Shown: positions 39,094 to 47,936 of the stretch, piece by piece
Numbering within the stretch: position 1 is the first letter of the stretch
Layout of the letters: every line of letters starts with the position of its first letter
Assembly (NCBI GenBank): GCA_034927475.1
Contig: JAYFPW010000002.1
Span: 45,372 to 109,371 of the forward strand
DNA length: 64,000 bases
Source of the DNA: Candidatus Elulimicrobiales bacterium
GTDB taxonomy: Bacteria > Patescibacteriota > Minisyncoccia > Phycocordibacterales > UBA5272
Direction of reading: 5' to 3'
Translations under genes and position numbers: made by a program
Notes under the pieces: model-generated
What the model was told of the DNA's origin: nothing
The model's input: only the letters and a program-made list of their open reading frames with translations
Databases searched by the model: none

Positions 39094-39327
39094 ATGTTTT
39101 ATTATGTATATATTTTAAAATGCAAAGATGGATATTATTCAGGGTGCACAAATAATTTGAAAGAAAGAATTAATAGACATATAAAAGGGCAAGTGACCGC
39201 CACAAAAGATAGAAGACCTATACAATTAATAAATTATTTCGCTTTTAATGATAAATATAAAGCATATAATTTTGAGGTATACTTAAAAACAGGTTCAGGA
39301 AGAACTTTTTCTAAAAAACACTTTTAA
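39094..39327 (+). CDS. GIY-YIG nuclease superfamily protein (small stand-alone)
   Basis: FYYVYILKCKDGYYSGCTNNLKERINRH carries the two signature boxes (V-Y-I ... Y-S-G) plus Arg and the conserved N...H. Start at MFYYVY (ATG 39094). Confidence 0.75.
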   Translation: MFYYVYILKCKDGYYSGCTNNLKERINRHIKGQVTATKDRRPIQLINYFAFNDKYKAYNFEVYLKTGSGRTFSKKHF

Positions 39328-39335
39328 AAAATATT

Positions 39336-39887
39336 ATGAAAACATTTTTTTGCTCACAACATACAAATATTAAAGATGAAGAATGGAAAAACAAAGGCTG
39401 CTCTGTTTCAGCTTTATGGATGACTTTGAAATCTTTAAAGACAAACTTTTCTTTATCTTTAGACGAATTATTAAATGAAGCTATTAATATTAAAGCTTTT
39501 AGTGATTCTGGTTTTTGGAGGCACGATAGAATTGCTGTTTTAGCACATAATCATGGACTCGCAGCTTATGCTGAAGAATTTAAAAGTATTCCTTTTGGCG
39601 AAGAGACAGAGTATGCTGAAAGTTTAGCAGAATATGGAATAGAAAAAATATTTAATTTTTTGAAAGAAGAAAAAGGACTTGTCATAGTTTCTGTTCCAAA
39701 AGATTTTTCTGAAGAGAATAAACCGCACTCTATTCTTTTAACTAGCGCAAAAGAAGAAGGAGGAAGATTTTTTGTCTATAATGATAGTGATAAAAAAACT
39801 GAAGAAGAAGGGCAAAGTTTAGAAATTTCTCTTGAAATATTTAAGAAAAACTGGAGAAGGTTAGCAATTTTTATAAATAAAATATAA
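39336..39887 (+). CDS. putative C39-like (papain-fold) cysteine peptidase
   Basis: Candidate catalytic Cys in GCSVSALWMTL and His in KPHSILLTSAKEEGGRFFVYND. Spacing and context resemble the Peptidase_C39-like family. Confidence 0.45.
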   Translation: MKTFFCSQHTNIKDEEWKNKGCSVSALWMTLKSLKTNFSLSLDELLNEAINIKAFSDSGFWRHDRIAVLAHNHGLAAYAEEFKSIPFGEETEYAESLAEYGIEKIFNFLKEEKGLVIVSVPKDFSEENKPHSILLTSAKEEGGRFFVYNDSDKKTEEEGQSLEISLEIFKKNWRRLAIFINKI

Positions 39888-39912
39888 AATAATAATACCA
39901 AAATAAAAATTT

Positions 39913-40539
39913 ATGTCATTTTTAGAAAATTTAAATTGGAGATACGCTACAAAAAAATTTGATACCACTAAAAAAATAAGTGAAGAAAATTTACAAAAAA
40001 TAAGAGAAGCTATTAGACTAGCTCCTGCCAGTATGGGGTTGCAACTTTATAAAATTCTTGAAGTTACAAATGGGGAAGTTAGAGAAAAAATGAGAGCTGC
40101 TTCAAATAATCAACCTCAAGTCACCGATGCCGATAGAGTTTTTGTATTTTTGGCAAGTATTGATGGAGAAAATAGAGTAGAAGAGATGTTTACTGAAATG
40201 AGTGGTGGAAATGCTGAAGTTAGAGAAAACAATCTAAAAGGCTATGAGGATATGGTTCGGGGATTTGCACTTTCTAAGAGCCACGACAATCTTTTAGCTT
40301 GGTCCCAGAAAAATCTTGGTATAGCTCTCGGATTTGCTTTAGCTGCTTGTGCAGAATTAAAAATAGATGCTTGTCCAATGGATGGATTTGACCCTCTACA
40401 AATTAAAGAAATCTTAGGAGCTGGTGAAAACTTTTTCCCAGTTGCTTATTTAGCAGTTGGCTATAGAGATGAGAGTGATGAGACTAGTTCTCGTCCAAAA
40501 TGGAGGCTTCCTCTTGATAAAACAATTCAAAAAATCTAA
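39913..40539 (+). CDS. NAD(P)H nitroreductase family protein (NfsB/FRase I-like), paralog 1
   Basis: N-terminal FLENLNWRYATKKFD, RxA PASMGLQ region and C-terminal ...GY. Length 208 aa. Confidence 0.8.
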   Translation: MSFLENLNWRYATKKFDTTKKISEENLQKIREAIRLAPASMGLQLYKILEVTNGEVREKMRAASNNQPQVTDADRVFVFLASIDGENRVEEMFTEMSGGNAEVRENNLKGYEDMVRGFALSKSHDNLLAWSQKNLGIALGFALAACAELKIDACPMDGFDPLQIKEILGAGENFFPVAYLAVGYRDESDETSSRPKWRLPLDKTIQKI

Positions 40540-40563
40540 TTTTTTCTGTGATACAATTAAATC

Positions 40564-41208
40564 ATGAAAAAGAAAAATGTAGTAGTTTTAATTTTGATTT
40601 TATTATTAGTATTATTTTTAAGTATTTATTGGTTATTTAAGGCGGCCTATAAGTTTCAAGCAAACTCAAATACAGCTACCACCACTGGGGAATTAACACA
40701 ACTCTCTGATGCTCAAAAGTTTCAAGCCGAGTATCCTGGGGTAGCTATTGACAATCGTTTTGTTTATCGTTCAGCAGAAGAAATTATTAATATTTTGAAA
40801 GGAGGAACAGGATTGGTTTATTTAGGTTTTCCTGAATGTCCTTGGTGTCAAAGATATACAGTTTATCTAGATGAGGTTGCTAGAGAACAAAATCTAGAGA
40901 AGATTTATTATTATAATGTTCGCCAAATACGAACAGATAATACTCCTGAATATCAAGAAATGGTAGCTCTTTTAGGAGAAAATCTAGACAAAGATACGGA
41001 AGGTAATCCTAGAATTTTTGTTCCAGATCTTACAGCTGTAAAAAATGGAGAAATTATTGCTCATGACAATTCTACTTCGCTTTTAAATTCTGCTGTCGAT
41101 GGTACACCAGATGAATGGTGGACTGAAGAGAGAGTAAATTCTTTTAAAGAAAATCTTAAAAAGATAATCGAGCCGGTTAATATTTGTTACGAAGTTTGCA
41201 ACAGCTAA
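40564..41208 (+). CDS. secreted/membrane-anchored thioredoxin-fold protein with CPWC active-site motif
   Basis: N-terminal hydrophobic anchor, then LVYLGFPECPWCQRY (CxxC in thioredoxin-fold context). Confidence 0.55.
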   Translation: MKKKNVVVLILILLLVLFLSIYWLFKAAYKFQANSNTATTTGELTQLSDAQKFQAEYPGVAIDNRFVYRSAEEIINILKGGTGLVYLGFPECPWCQRYTVYLDEVAREQNLEKIYYYNVRQIRTDNTPEYQEMVALLGENLDKDTEGNPRIFVPDLTAVKNGEIIAHDNSTSLLNSAVDGTPDEWWTEERVNSFKENLKKIIEPVNICYEVCNS

Positions 41209-41240
41209 CTTCCATTATCAAGTTAATTAATTAAAAATTT

Positions 41241-41873
41241 ATGTCATTTTTAGAAAATTTAAATTGGAGATACGCTACTAAAAGATTTGATACAACTAAA
41301 AAAGTTAAAGAAGAAGATGTGAAGAAGATTCGTGAAGCTATTCGTATGACTCCTACTAGTCTCGGAGTACAAATGTTCCATGTCGTAGAAGTTGTGAGTC
41401 AAGATTTAAAAGATAAATTGAGAGCCATTTCTTTCGATCAAGAGCAAATGTCTACCGCGGATAGGATTTTTGTCTTTTGTGCTAGAAAAGATTTAGCGGA
41501 TAGAACAGAAGAAATGTTTATGGATATGACAAATAATGACGAAGAGTTTAGAAAAAACGATAAAGACATTTCTCAGTATGAAAAATCAGTTAAATTCTTT
41601 GCGGGGCAATTGGGTGCTGACAGAATTCCAGAATGGTCTGCCAGGGAAGCCCATATTGTCTTGGGATTTGCTCTCGCAGCCTGTGCAGAATTAAAAATAG
41701 ACTCTTGCCCAGTTGGTGGATTTGATCCAGTCAAAGCTAAAGAGATTTTAAATATGGATTTAGACTTTATGCCAGTTGTGTGTTTGCCAATTGGTTATAG
41801 AGATGAGACAGATGAACATCTCAAGTTTAAAAAATGGAGATTTCCGGAAGACAAAATCTTTGAAAAAATGTAA
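41241..41873 (+). CDS. NAD(P)H nitroreductase family protein, paralog 2
   Basis: The first 16 residues (MSFLENLNWRYATK(K/R)FD) are almost identical to paralog 1, with the same fold signature throughout. Confidence 0.8.
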   Translation: MSFLENLNWRYATKRFDTTKKVKEEDVKKIREAIRMTPTSLGVQMFHVVEVVSQDLKDKLRAISFDQEQMSTADRIFVFCARKDLADRTEEMFMDMTNNDEEFRKNDKDISQYEKSVKFFAGQLGADRIPEWSAREAHIVLGFALAACAELKIDSCPVGGFDPVKAKEILNMDLDFMPVVCLPIGYRDETDEHLKFKKWRFPEDKIFEKM

Positions 41874-41885
41874 TTCTTAAAACTT

Positions 41886-41920
41886 AAAAATACGCCAAAT
41901 AAGGCGTATTTTTATTTTTT
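41886..41920 (+). terminator. intrinsic terminator
   Basis: atacgcc-aaataa-ggcgtat followed by ttttatttttt. Confidence 0.65.
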
Positions 41921-41975
41921 CTAACAAAGTCTTTATGTTATAATGCTTTCAAATCGTTTAACTTTTAAAGCTAAT

Positions 41976-43868
41976 ATGACAATAAATGAAATTCGAAAAA
42001 AATATTTAGAGTTTATGAAGAGTAATGGACACGCCATTGTTCAATCTTCTTCGCTTGTTCCAGAAAATGATCCTACAACTCTTTTTACCGCTGCGGGAAT
42101 GCAACCAATGATTAATTATATTTTAGGAGCTAAACATACAGCCGGAAATAGAATCGCGGACACACAAAAATGTTTTCGCTCTCAAGATATAGAAGAAATA
42201 GGAGACAATAGACATACAACTTTTTTTGAAATGCTTGGAAATTGGAGTTTTGGAGACTATTTTAAAAAAGAGCAAGTAGGCTGGATGTTTAAGTTTTTAA
42301 CTGATTCTGAAATTGGTCTTGGTTTAGATAAAAACAGATTATATTTTTCTTGCTATTCTGGAAATGAAGATTTAAACGTTCCAAAAGATGAGGAAACAAA
42401 AAAATATTGGTTAGAAAATGGTGTGGCCGAAGATAGAATTTATTTCTATGATGATAAGAAAAATTGGTGGAGCCGAAGTGGTGCTCCAGCAAATATGCCT
42501 TTAGGGGAGCCTGGTGGACCAGATTCTGAAATGTTTTTCGACTTCGATCCAAATAATGAGAAAAAAATTCACGAAAATAGTAAGTTTAAAAATGAAGAAT
42601 GTCATCCAAATTGCGATTGTGGAAGGTTTGTAGAAATTGGAAATAGTGTTTTCATTCAATACAAAAAGACGGAAGTTGGACTAGAAGAACTTTTACAAAA
42701 GAATGTGGACTTTGGTGGGGGTCTTACTAGAATGGCAGCAGCAACTATCGATGATAGCGACATTTTCAGTTTAGATATTTTTGGTAATGCAAAAACTATA
42801 TTAGAAAATCTTTCTAAGCATACATATACTGGCAATGAAACTTCTTTTAGAATAATTTTAGATCATATTCACGCTGCTACATTTTTAATTGGCGACGGAG
42901 TTGTTCCTGGAAATAAAGATCAAATGTATTTTGTAAGAAGACTTATTCGTCGCGCAATTGTCGCCGGACACAAATTAGACATTCATGACAATTTTACAAA
43001 GCAAATAGGGGAGACTTTTGTAGAAAATTATAAAGGATCAGAAGAATATCTTGGTGACAATCTTTCTCGCAATAAAGAAATAATTTTATCTGAGCTTGAA
43101 AAAGAAGAAAATAAATTCCGAAAGACTTTGTCTAATGCTATGAAAAAGTTTGATAAAGCAATAAGGATTGCAGTAGGTACTTATGTACCAGGACAACCTA
43201 TTTCGGAAAATTATACTAAGACATTATCTTCAGATATTGTCTTTGAAATGATTACATCAGATGGTCTGCCTAAAGAAGTCATAAAAGAAGAAGCTGAAGA
43301 GAGAGACATTTCTATTGATTGGTATGAAGTTGATATGAAATTATTAAATCATAAAAATTTATCTCGAACTGCTAGCGAAGGCATGTTTAAAGGTGGATTA
43401 GCTGACCAATCTGAAATCACTACGGCTTTGCATTCTGCTTGTCACTTAATGCTTGCAGGTATGCGAAAGGTTTTAGGAGAAAATGTAACTCAAGCTGGAA
43501 GTAATATAAATTCTGAAAGATTACGCTTTGACTTTACTTTTGATAGAAAAGTCGAAGAAGATGAAATTGAAGCTATAGAAAATTATGTAAATAGAGCTAT
43601 CGAAGAAGGCTTTACTACAGTAATTGAAGAAATGGAAAAAGAAAAAGCTAGAGAAGGCGGAGTGACAGGAGCTTTTTGGGATAAATATCCAGAAATTGTA
43701 AAAGTCTATAATATGATTGGAGAAGGTGGAGAAGTTTATTCCAGAGAACTTTGTGGAGGTCCACATATTCATAACAGTACAGATTTTATGAAAGGAAAAA
43801 CTTTCAGAATTTCCAAACAAGAAGCTGTCTCTGCTGGAGTTCGTAGATTTAAAGGGGTTCTTGAATAA
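41976..43868 (+). CDS. alaS: alanine--tRNA ligase, short form lacking the C-terminal C-Ala/DHHA1 domain
   Basis: Class II catalytic core (FTAAGMQPM; FEMLGNWSFGDYFK) and editing-domain zinc motif (HSACHLM...CGGPH). Only ~630 aa versus ~870 typical. Confidence 0.8.
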   Translation: MTINEIRKKYLEFMKSNGHAIVQSSSLVPENDPTTLFTAAGMQPMINYILGAKHTAGNRIADTQKCFRSQDIEEIGDNRHTTFFEMLGNWSFGDYFKKEQVGWMFKFLTDSEIGLGLDKNRLYFSCYSGNEDLNVPKDEETKKYWLENGVAEDRIYFYDDKKNWWSRSGAPANMPLGEPGGPDSEMFFDFDPNNEKKIHENSKFKNEECHPNCDCGRFVEIGNSVFIQYKKTEVGLEELLQKNVDFGGGLTRMAAATIDDSDIFSLDIFGNAKTILENLSKHTYTGNETSFRIILDHIHAATFLIGDGVVPGNKDQMYFVRRLIRRAIVAGHKLDIHDNFTKQIGETFVENYKGSEEYLGDNLSRNKEIILSELEKEENKFRKTLSNAMKKFDKAIRIAVGTYVPGQPISENYTKTLSSDIVFEMITSDGLPKEVIKEEAEERDISIDWYEVDMKLLNHKNLSRTASEGMFKGGLADQSEITTALHSACHLMLAGMRKVLGENVTQAGSNINSERLRFDFTFDRKVEEDEIEAIENYVNRAIEEGFTTVIEEMEKEKAREGGVTGAFWDKYPEIVKVYNMIGEGGEVYSRELCGGPHIHNSTDFMKGKTFRISKQEAVSAGVRRFKGVLE

Positions 43869-43920
43869 AAAAATAAAAATAAAATCGCCTAAGTTGGCGA
43901 TTTTATGTTAAAATATTTCT

Positions 43921-44415
43921 ATGAATGAAAACTATTTGAGAAAATATTTAGATATCAAAGTTTTTGATGATAAAACTCAGGTTCAATTTTGGAAAGATGA
44001 TGTTTTAGCTACAACTTCTGAATTTTATATAGGTATAAATCAAATCTCTGAAAATTTAGTTAGTGAAGCCATTATGAATGATTGGCTAGGGGGTATCGTC
44101 TATAATTTAGAAAAAATTTCTCTTTTAGACAGGATTCCAACTTTTTTTTATTTAACTACTGAAAAATATGGAAGTGTCTTTGAAAAGTTTTTAAAACGTA
44201 AAGGAACTTATTCACAGTTTTATTTAGAGCCTCATCAATATGGTCTAGGCATACATGTTATAATAAAAAAGATAAATCGCATTAATATCAATACTCATTT
44301 TGGAAAAAGTATAACGAATGAGGATTTAAGGGATAAAGTTATTATTAAAGATAATAAAGAAGATTCAAAATCATATGAGAGATATACGAAGGCCATATCG
44401 CAATTCAAAATCTAG
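43921..44415 (+). CDS. hypothetical protein
   Basis: 164-aa ORF, no recognised motifs. Confidence 0.3.
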   Translation: MNENYLRKYLDIKVFDDKTQVQFWKDDVLATTSEFYIGINQISENLVSEAIMNDWLGGIVYNLEKISLLDRIPTFFYLTTEKYGSVFEKFLKRKGTYSQFYLEPHQYGLGIHVIIKKINRININTHFGKSITNEDLRDKVIIKDNKEDSKSYERYTKAISQFKI

Positions 44416-44431
44416 TGAAAGTGAAAAAAGG

Positions 44432-45832
44432 ATGTCTGTAAAACAAGATAGATTTTCTCGTCTTTCTGAAAGAGAGGAGACTTTTGGGCAAAGAGAAGCA
44501 CCTTTGCCTAGAAAAAAGGAATTTGCTGATATTGAATATACTAGAGAAGGGAAGCCAATGATTAAAGCTTCTTCTCATTTTGATGTTAAACCAGGAGGAT
44601 ATAAAAGAGAAAGAACTGGAGATGAGTTTGACGTTCTTAAAAGAAGTGAATTTTTTAGTAATAATAATCAAAGAGAGTACAATGAAGAAAATGTAAGAGA
44701 ATATAGAAAGAAAATTTCAAAAAAGAAAAGTGGTAAAAAAGCTTTTTTCTTTGTGTTTTTATTGCTCGTACTCGGTGGTTTAGCAGCTTGGACTTTCTTT
44801 TTTAACACTGCAAAACTTTTTGTTAATCCAAAATATGCTGATATCGAACTATCTGGCAGTTTCTTAATATTTAAAGACGATATAGTTATGGATTATGCCA
44901 GTTCGACTTTAGGAAAAACTGTTCTTAAATCTGAGCCAAAAGAAGTAAATCAAAAAGCTTCTGGTGAACTTACTATTTATAATAATTATTCCAGTTCTTC
45001 TCAAATATTAATTACAAATACAAGATTTCAAACTTCAGATGGAAAAATATTTAGAATTGGAGAAAGTGTGACAGTTCCTGGTAAAAATGGAAACACTCCA
45101 GGGACTATAAAAGTTAAAGTCTCTGCGGATACTGTTGGCGCTGATTATAATATTTCGCCAACCACATTTACTATTCCAGGTTTTAAGGGTACCGCTAGAT
45201 ATGAAGGATTTTATGCTAAATCTACTGAACCTATGTCTGGAGGAGTTTCTGGTATTGTACAAATTGTTTCTCAAGATGATATAGATAATGCTAAAGCCGA
45301 TTTATCTTCTTCAATTGAAACAAATATTATAGATCAAGCTTCCAAGATTAATAAAAAAGATTATATAACTTTAGCTAAAGCTCCGTTAATCACTTATTCT
45401 GATAATCATAATGATCTTATGCTTAGTGATAAAAATTCTTACGAATTAACTGGAGCCGGGACAATTCTTTCTATCAAAGAAGATATTTTAGCTAAAATGT
45501 TAACAAAGCATGCTTTAGGTGATGCTTATAATGAGCTTGAAGGTGTACGTATAAATAATCCTGAGAATTTAACTTTCTCATTAGATAAAAATACTGACCT
45601 TAACTCTAACATTATTAAGGTTGATGTTAGTGGAGCTACGAGAATTGTTTGGACTTATGACGAAGACAATATTCGCGCTTCTCTTGTTAATCAAAAACTT
45701 TCTGATTTAAACAGTATTTTGGCAAATTATAGTTCCTCAATTCTTTCTAGCACTTTAAGTGTTGCTCCTGGTTGGGTTAAAAAATTCCCTTCATCTATAG
45801 AAAGAATTAGACTTATTGAAGAAATAAGGTAA
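44432..45832 (+). CDS. hypothetical single-pass membrane protein with large extracytoplasmic domain
   Basis: Basic cytoplasmic N-terminus, TM helix AFFFVFLLLVLGGLAAWTFFF, then ~330 aa of beta-rich sequence. Start taken at MSVKQ (ATG 44432) to avoid overlap. Confidence 0.4.
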   Translation: MSVKQDRFSRLSEREETFGQREAPLPRKKEFADIEYTREGKPMIKASSHFDVKPGGYKRERTGDEFDVLKRSEFFSNNNQREYNEENVREYRKKISKKKSGKKAFFFVFLLLVLGGLAAWTFFFNTAKLFVNPKYADIELSGSFLIFKDDIVMDYASSTLGKTVLKSEPKEVNQKASGELTIYNNYSSSSQILITNTRFQTSDGKIFRIGESVTVPGKNGNTPGTIKVKVSADTVGADYNISPTTFTIPGFKGTARYEGFYAKSTEPMSGGVSGIVQIVSQDDIDNAKADLSSSIETNIIDQASKINKKDYITLAKAPLITYSDNHNDLMLSDKNSYELTGAGTILSIKEDILAKMLTKHALGDAYNELEGVRINNPENLTFSLDKNTDLNSNIIKVDVSGATRIVWTYDEDNIRASLVNQKLSDLNSILANYSSSILSSTLSVAPGWVKKFPSSIERIRLIEEIR

Positions 45833-45844
45833 AATAGCTAAGTT

Positions 45845-46093
45845 ATGAATAATAAAGAAAACAAAGATATAGAAGAATTTGAAGACGATGAGTTGGAAAT
45901 CAAAGAAGGAAGAGTGATTGAAGCTTTACCGGCAGCTCTTTTTAGAGTTAAGTTTGATAAAGACGGAAAAGAAAGTATTTGCTTCCTCAAAGGAAAAATC
46001 AAAGTCTTTAAAATAAAGATTTTAGTAGGTGATAAGGTCCTTGTGGAAATGGATCCTTATGGAGGACGGGGAAGAATTATTAGACGCTTATAG
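45845..46093 (+). CDS. infA: translation initiation factor IF-1
   Basis: S1-like core GRVIEALPAALFRVKFDKDGKESICFLKGKIKV...GDKVLVEMDPYGGRGRIIRR, with a short acidic N-terminal extension. Confidence 0.85.
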   Translation: MNNKENKDIEEFEDDELEIKEGRVIEALPAALFRVKFDKDGKESICFLKGKIKVFKIKILVGDKVLVEMDPYGGRGRIIRRL

Positions 46094-46120
46094 TCGAAAG
46101 CTGTATTGTGCTTAGAAAGT

Positions 46121-46149
46121 TTGCATTTTTTTACTATTTATAGTATACT
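46121..46149 (+). promoter_or_regulatory. promoter TTGCAT-17-TATACT upstream of rpmJ
   Basis: Hexamers with 17-nt spacer, ~40 nt before the rpmJ ATG. Confidence 0.45.
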
Positions 46150-46191
46150 TTCTTTCACAAACTAAAAAACTAGTTTTTATTTTTTTTGCTT

Positions 46192-46305
46192 ATGAAAGTA
46201 AGATCATCTGTTAAAAAGTTTTGCGGAAAATGTAAAATGATAAAGAGGGATGGAAACCTTCGTGTTATTTGTGTTAATCCAAAACATAAGCAGGTACAAG
46301 GATAA
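46192..46305 (+). CDS. rpmJ: 50S ribosomal protein L36 (missed by the >=60-aa ORF track)
   Basis: Translates to [37 protein letters not shown], the canonical L36 zinc-ribbon (C-x2-C...C-x4-H), preceded by an RBS-like purine run. Confidence 0.85.
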   Translation: MKVRSSVKKFCGKCKMIKRDGNLRVICVNPKHKQVQG

Positions 46306-46318
46306 TTTATTAAACATT

Positions 46319-46699
46319 ATGCGTATTGCAGGTATTACAATTCCAGAAGATAAAAGATTAGAAGTCGCTTTGACTGTTGTTCATGGTATCGGACGCCAAA
46401 AAGCAAAGACTATTTTAGAAGGTCTTAATATTGATTTTGGTAAAAAAGTTCCAGAACTTACAGCCGATGAAGAAAAAGACATTAGGCGTGAAGTAGAATC
46501 TTTTAAAATCGAAGGAGATTTAAGAAGAGAAAAACAAATCAATATCAAAAGATTGAGAGATTTGAAATGTTATCGAGGAGTAAGACATACTCGCGGTTTA
46601 CCAGTCAGAGGACAGAGAACCAAAACTAATAGTCGTACTGTTAGAGGTAATCAAAGAAGAACCATGGGCTCTGGTAGAAGAAAAGTCGAAAAGACATAG
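46319..46699 (+). CDS. rpsM: 30S ribosomal protein S13
   Basis: MRIAGITIPEDKRLEVALTVVHGIGRQKAKTIL... and C-terminal RGLPVRGQRTKTNSRT. Start at ATG 46319 (the ORF-track start lies inside rpmJ). Confidence 0.9.
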   Translation: MRIAGITIPEDKRLEVALTVVHGIGRQKAKTILEGLNIDFGKKVPELTADEEKDIRREVESFKIEGDLRREKQINIKRLRDLKCYRGVRHTRGLPVRGQRTKTNSRTVRGNQRRTMGSGRRKVEKT

Positions 46700-46719
46700 A
46701 ATAATTATTACTAAAATAT

Positions 46720-47154
46720 ATGGGAAAGAAACGTGTAGTTAAAAAAAGTGGTTCTGGATTAGACAATGCTCTTAAAAGCAGAGCTCTTTCTAAGTTGGTT
46801 AAAAGAAAAATTTCAGAAGGAGTGCTCTATGTTGAATCTACTTATAACAATACAAAATTAACTCTTACAGATTTATCTGGAAATGTAATAATTTGGTCTA
46901 CCTCAGGATCTTTAGGATTTAAAGGTGCTAAAAAAGGAACTCCTTTTGCAGCTGGAAAAATTGCAGAAGTTATTGGAGAGAAAGCTTCTCAAGCTGGTGT
47001 AAAAGAAGTTAAAGTCGTTGTTAAAGGCGTTGGTTCAGGAAGAGAGGCAGCAATTAGATCTTTTGCAGCTTTTGGTATTGATTTGACTTCTATTGAAGAT
47101 CAAACTCCAGTTCCTCATAATGGTCCAAAACCAAAGAAACCAAGAAGAATTTAA
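46720..47154 (+). CDS. rpsK: 30S ribosomal protein S11
   Basis: GVLYVESTYNNTKLTLTDLSGNVIIWSTSGSLGFKGAKKGTPFAA... typical S11. Confidence 0.9.
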   Translation: MGKKRVVKKSGSGLDNALKSRALSKLVKRKISEGVLYVESTYNNTKLTLTDLSGNVIIWSTSGSLGFKGAKKGTPFAAGKIAEVIGEKASQAGVKEVKVVVKGVGSGREAAIRSFAAFGIDLTSIEDQTPVPHNGPKPKKPRRI

Positions 47155-47166
47155 TATTATAAAAAT

Positions 47167-47799
47167 ATGATGGATAAAAAATGTAAAATTTGTAGAAGAG
47201 CTGGCGAAAAACTTTTTCTAAAAGGAGAAAGATGTTTTACTCCAAGATGTGCGATGAATAACAGACCTTATGCTCCTGGAAAATTAGATTCTGAAAAGAA
47301 ACGTAGATCTCCAATTTCTGAATATGGAATTCAAATGAAAGAAAAGCAAAAGATTAAAAATATTTATGGAGTATCAGAAAAACAATTTGTTGCTTATGTT
47401 AAAAATGCAGAAAATTCTACAGTCAACACTAAAATTGCTCCAGCGCTAGGTGCTTATATCAATCTTGAAACAAGACTTGATAATATTGTTTTCAGAATGG
47501 GCTTAGCTAAGAGTCGCGCACTTTCACGACAAATGGTTGCTCACGGACACATTATTGTAAATGGAAAGAAAATTAATATTCCTTCTCATAGAGTAAGAGT
47601 GGGAGATGTTATTTCTGTACGTGAAGGATCAAAAAACACAAAACTTTTCAACGAAGCGTCTGCTAAGTTAAAAGATTTTTCATCACCAGATTGGTTGGCT
47701 TTAGACGCTGCCAAATTGGAAGCAAAAGTTTCTTCTTTGCCAAAAGAAATTGAAGGAGGTTTTGATTTTGCTAAAGTCTTAGAATTCTACAGTAGATAG
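47167..47799 (+). CDS. rpsD: 30S ribosomal protein S4
   Basis: N-terminal zinc finger CKICRRAGEKLFLKGERCFTPRC and C-terminal S4 RNA-binding domain. Confidence 0.9.
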   Translation: MMDKKCKICRRAGEKLFLKGERCFTPRCAMNNRPYAPGKLDSEKKRRSPISEYGIQMKEKQKIKNIYGVSEKQFVAYVKNAENSTVNTKIAPALGAYINLETRLDNIVFRMGLAKSRALSRQMVAHGHIIVNGKKINIPSHRVRVGDVISVREGSKNTKLFNEASAKLKDFSSPDWLALDAAKLEAKVSSLPKEIEGGFDFAKVLEFYSR

Positions 47800-47936
47800 T
47801 AAAAGCTAAGGCTAAAAACAAAATCTGCCTTGATATTTATGGCGTTTTTGTGTTATAATAACTTTTGTTAATTTTTGTCGGTCAATTTATTAATTATTAA
47901 GAACAATAGGTCAGAAAAATAATAAAATAAAAAAAT

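Noticed and set aside
38960-39151. 63-aa minus-strand ORF overlapping tRNA-Trp
   Set aside because: Antisense to a confidently folded tRNA and the GC-rich hairpin island. Arg-rich translation is typical of GC-rich noise.
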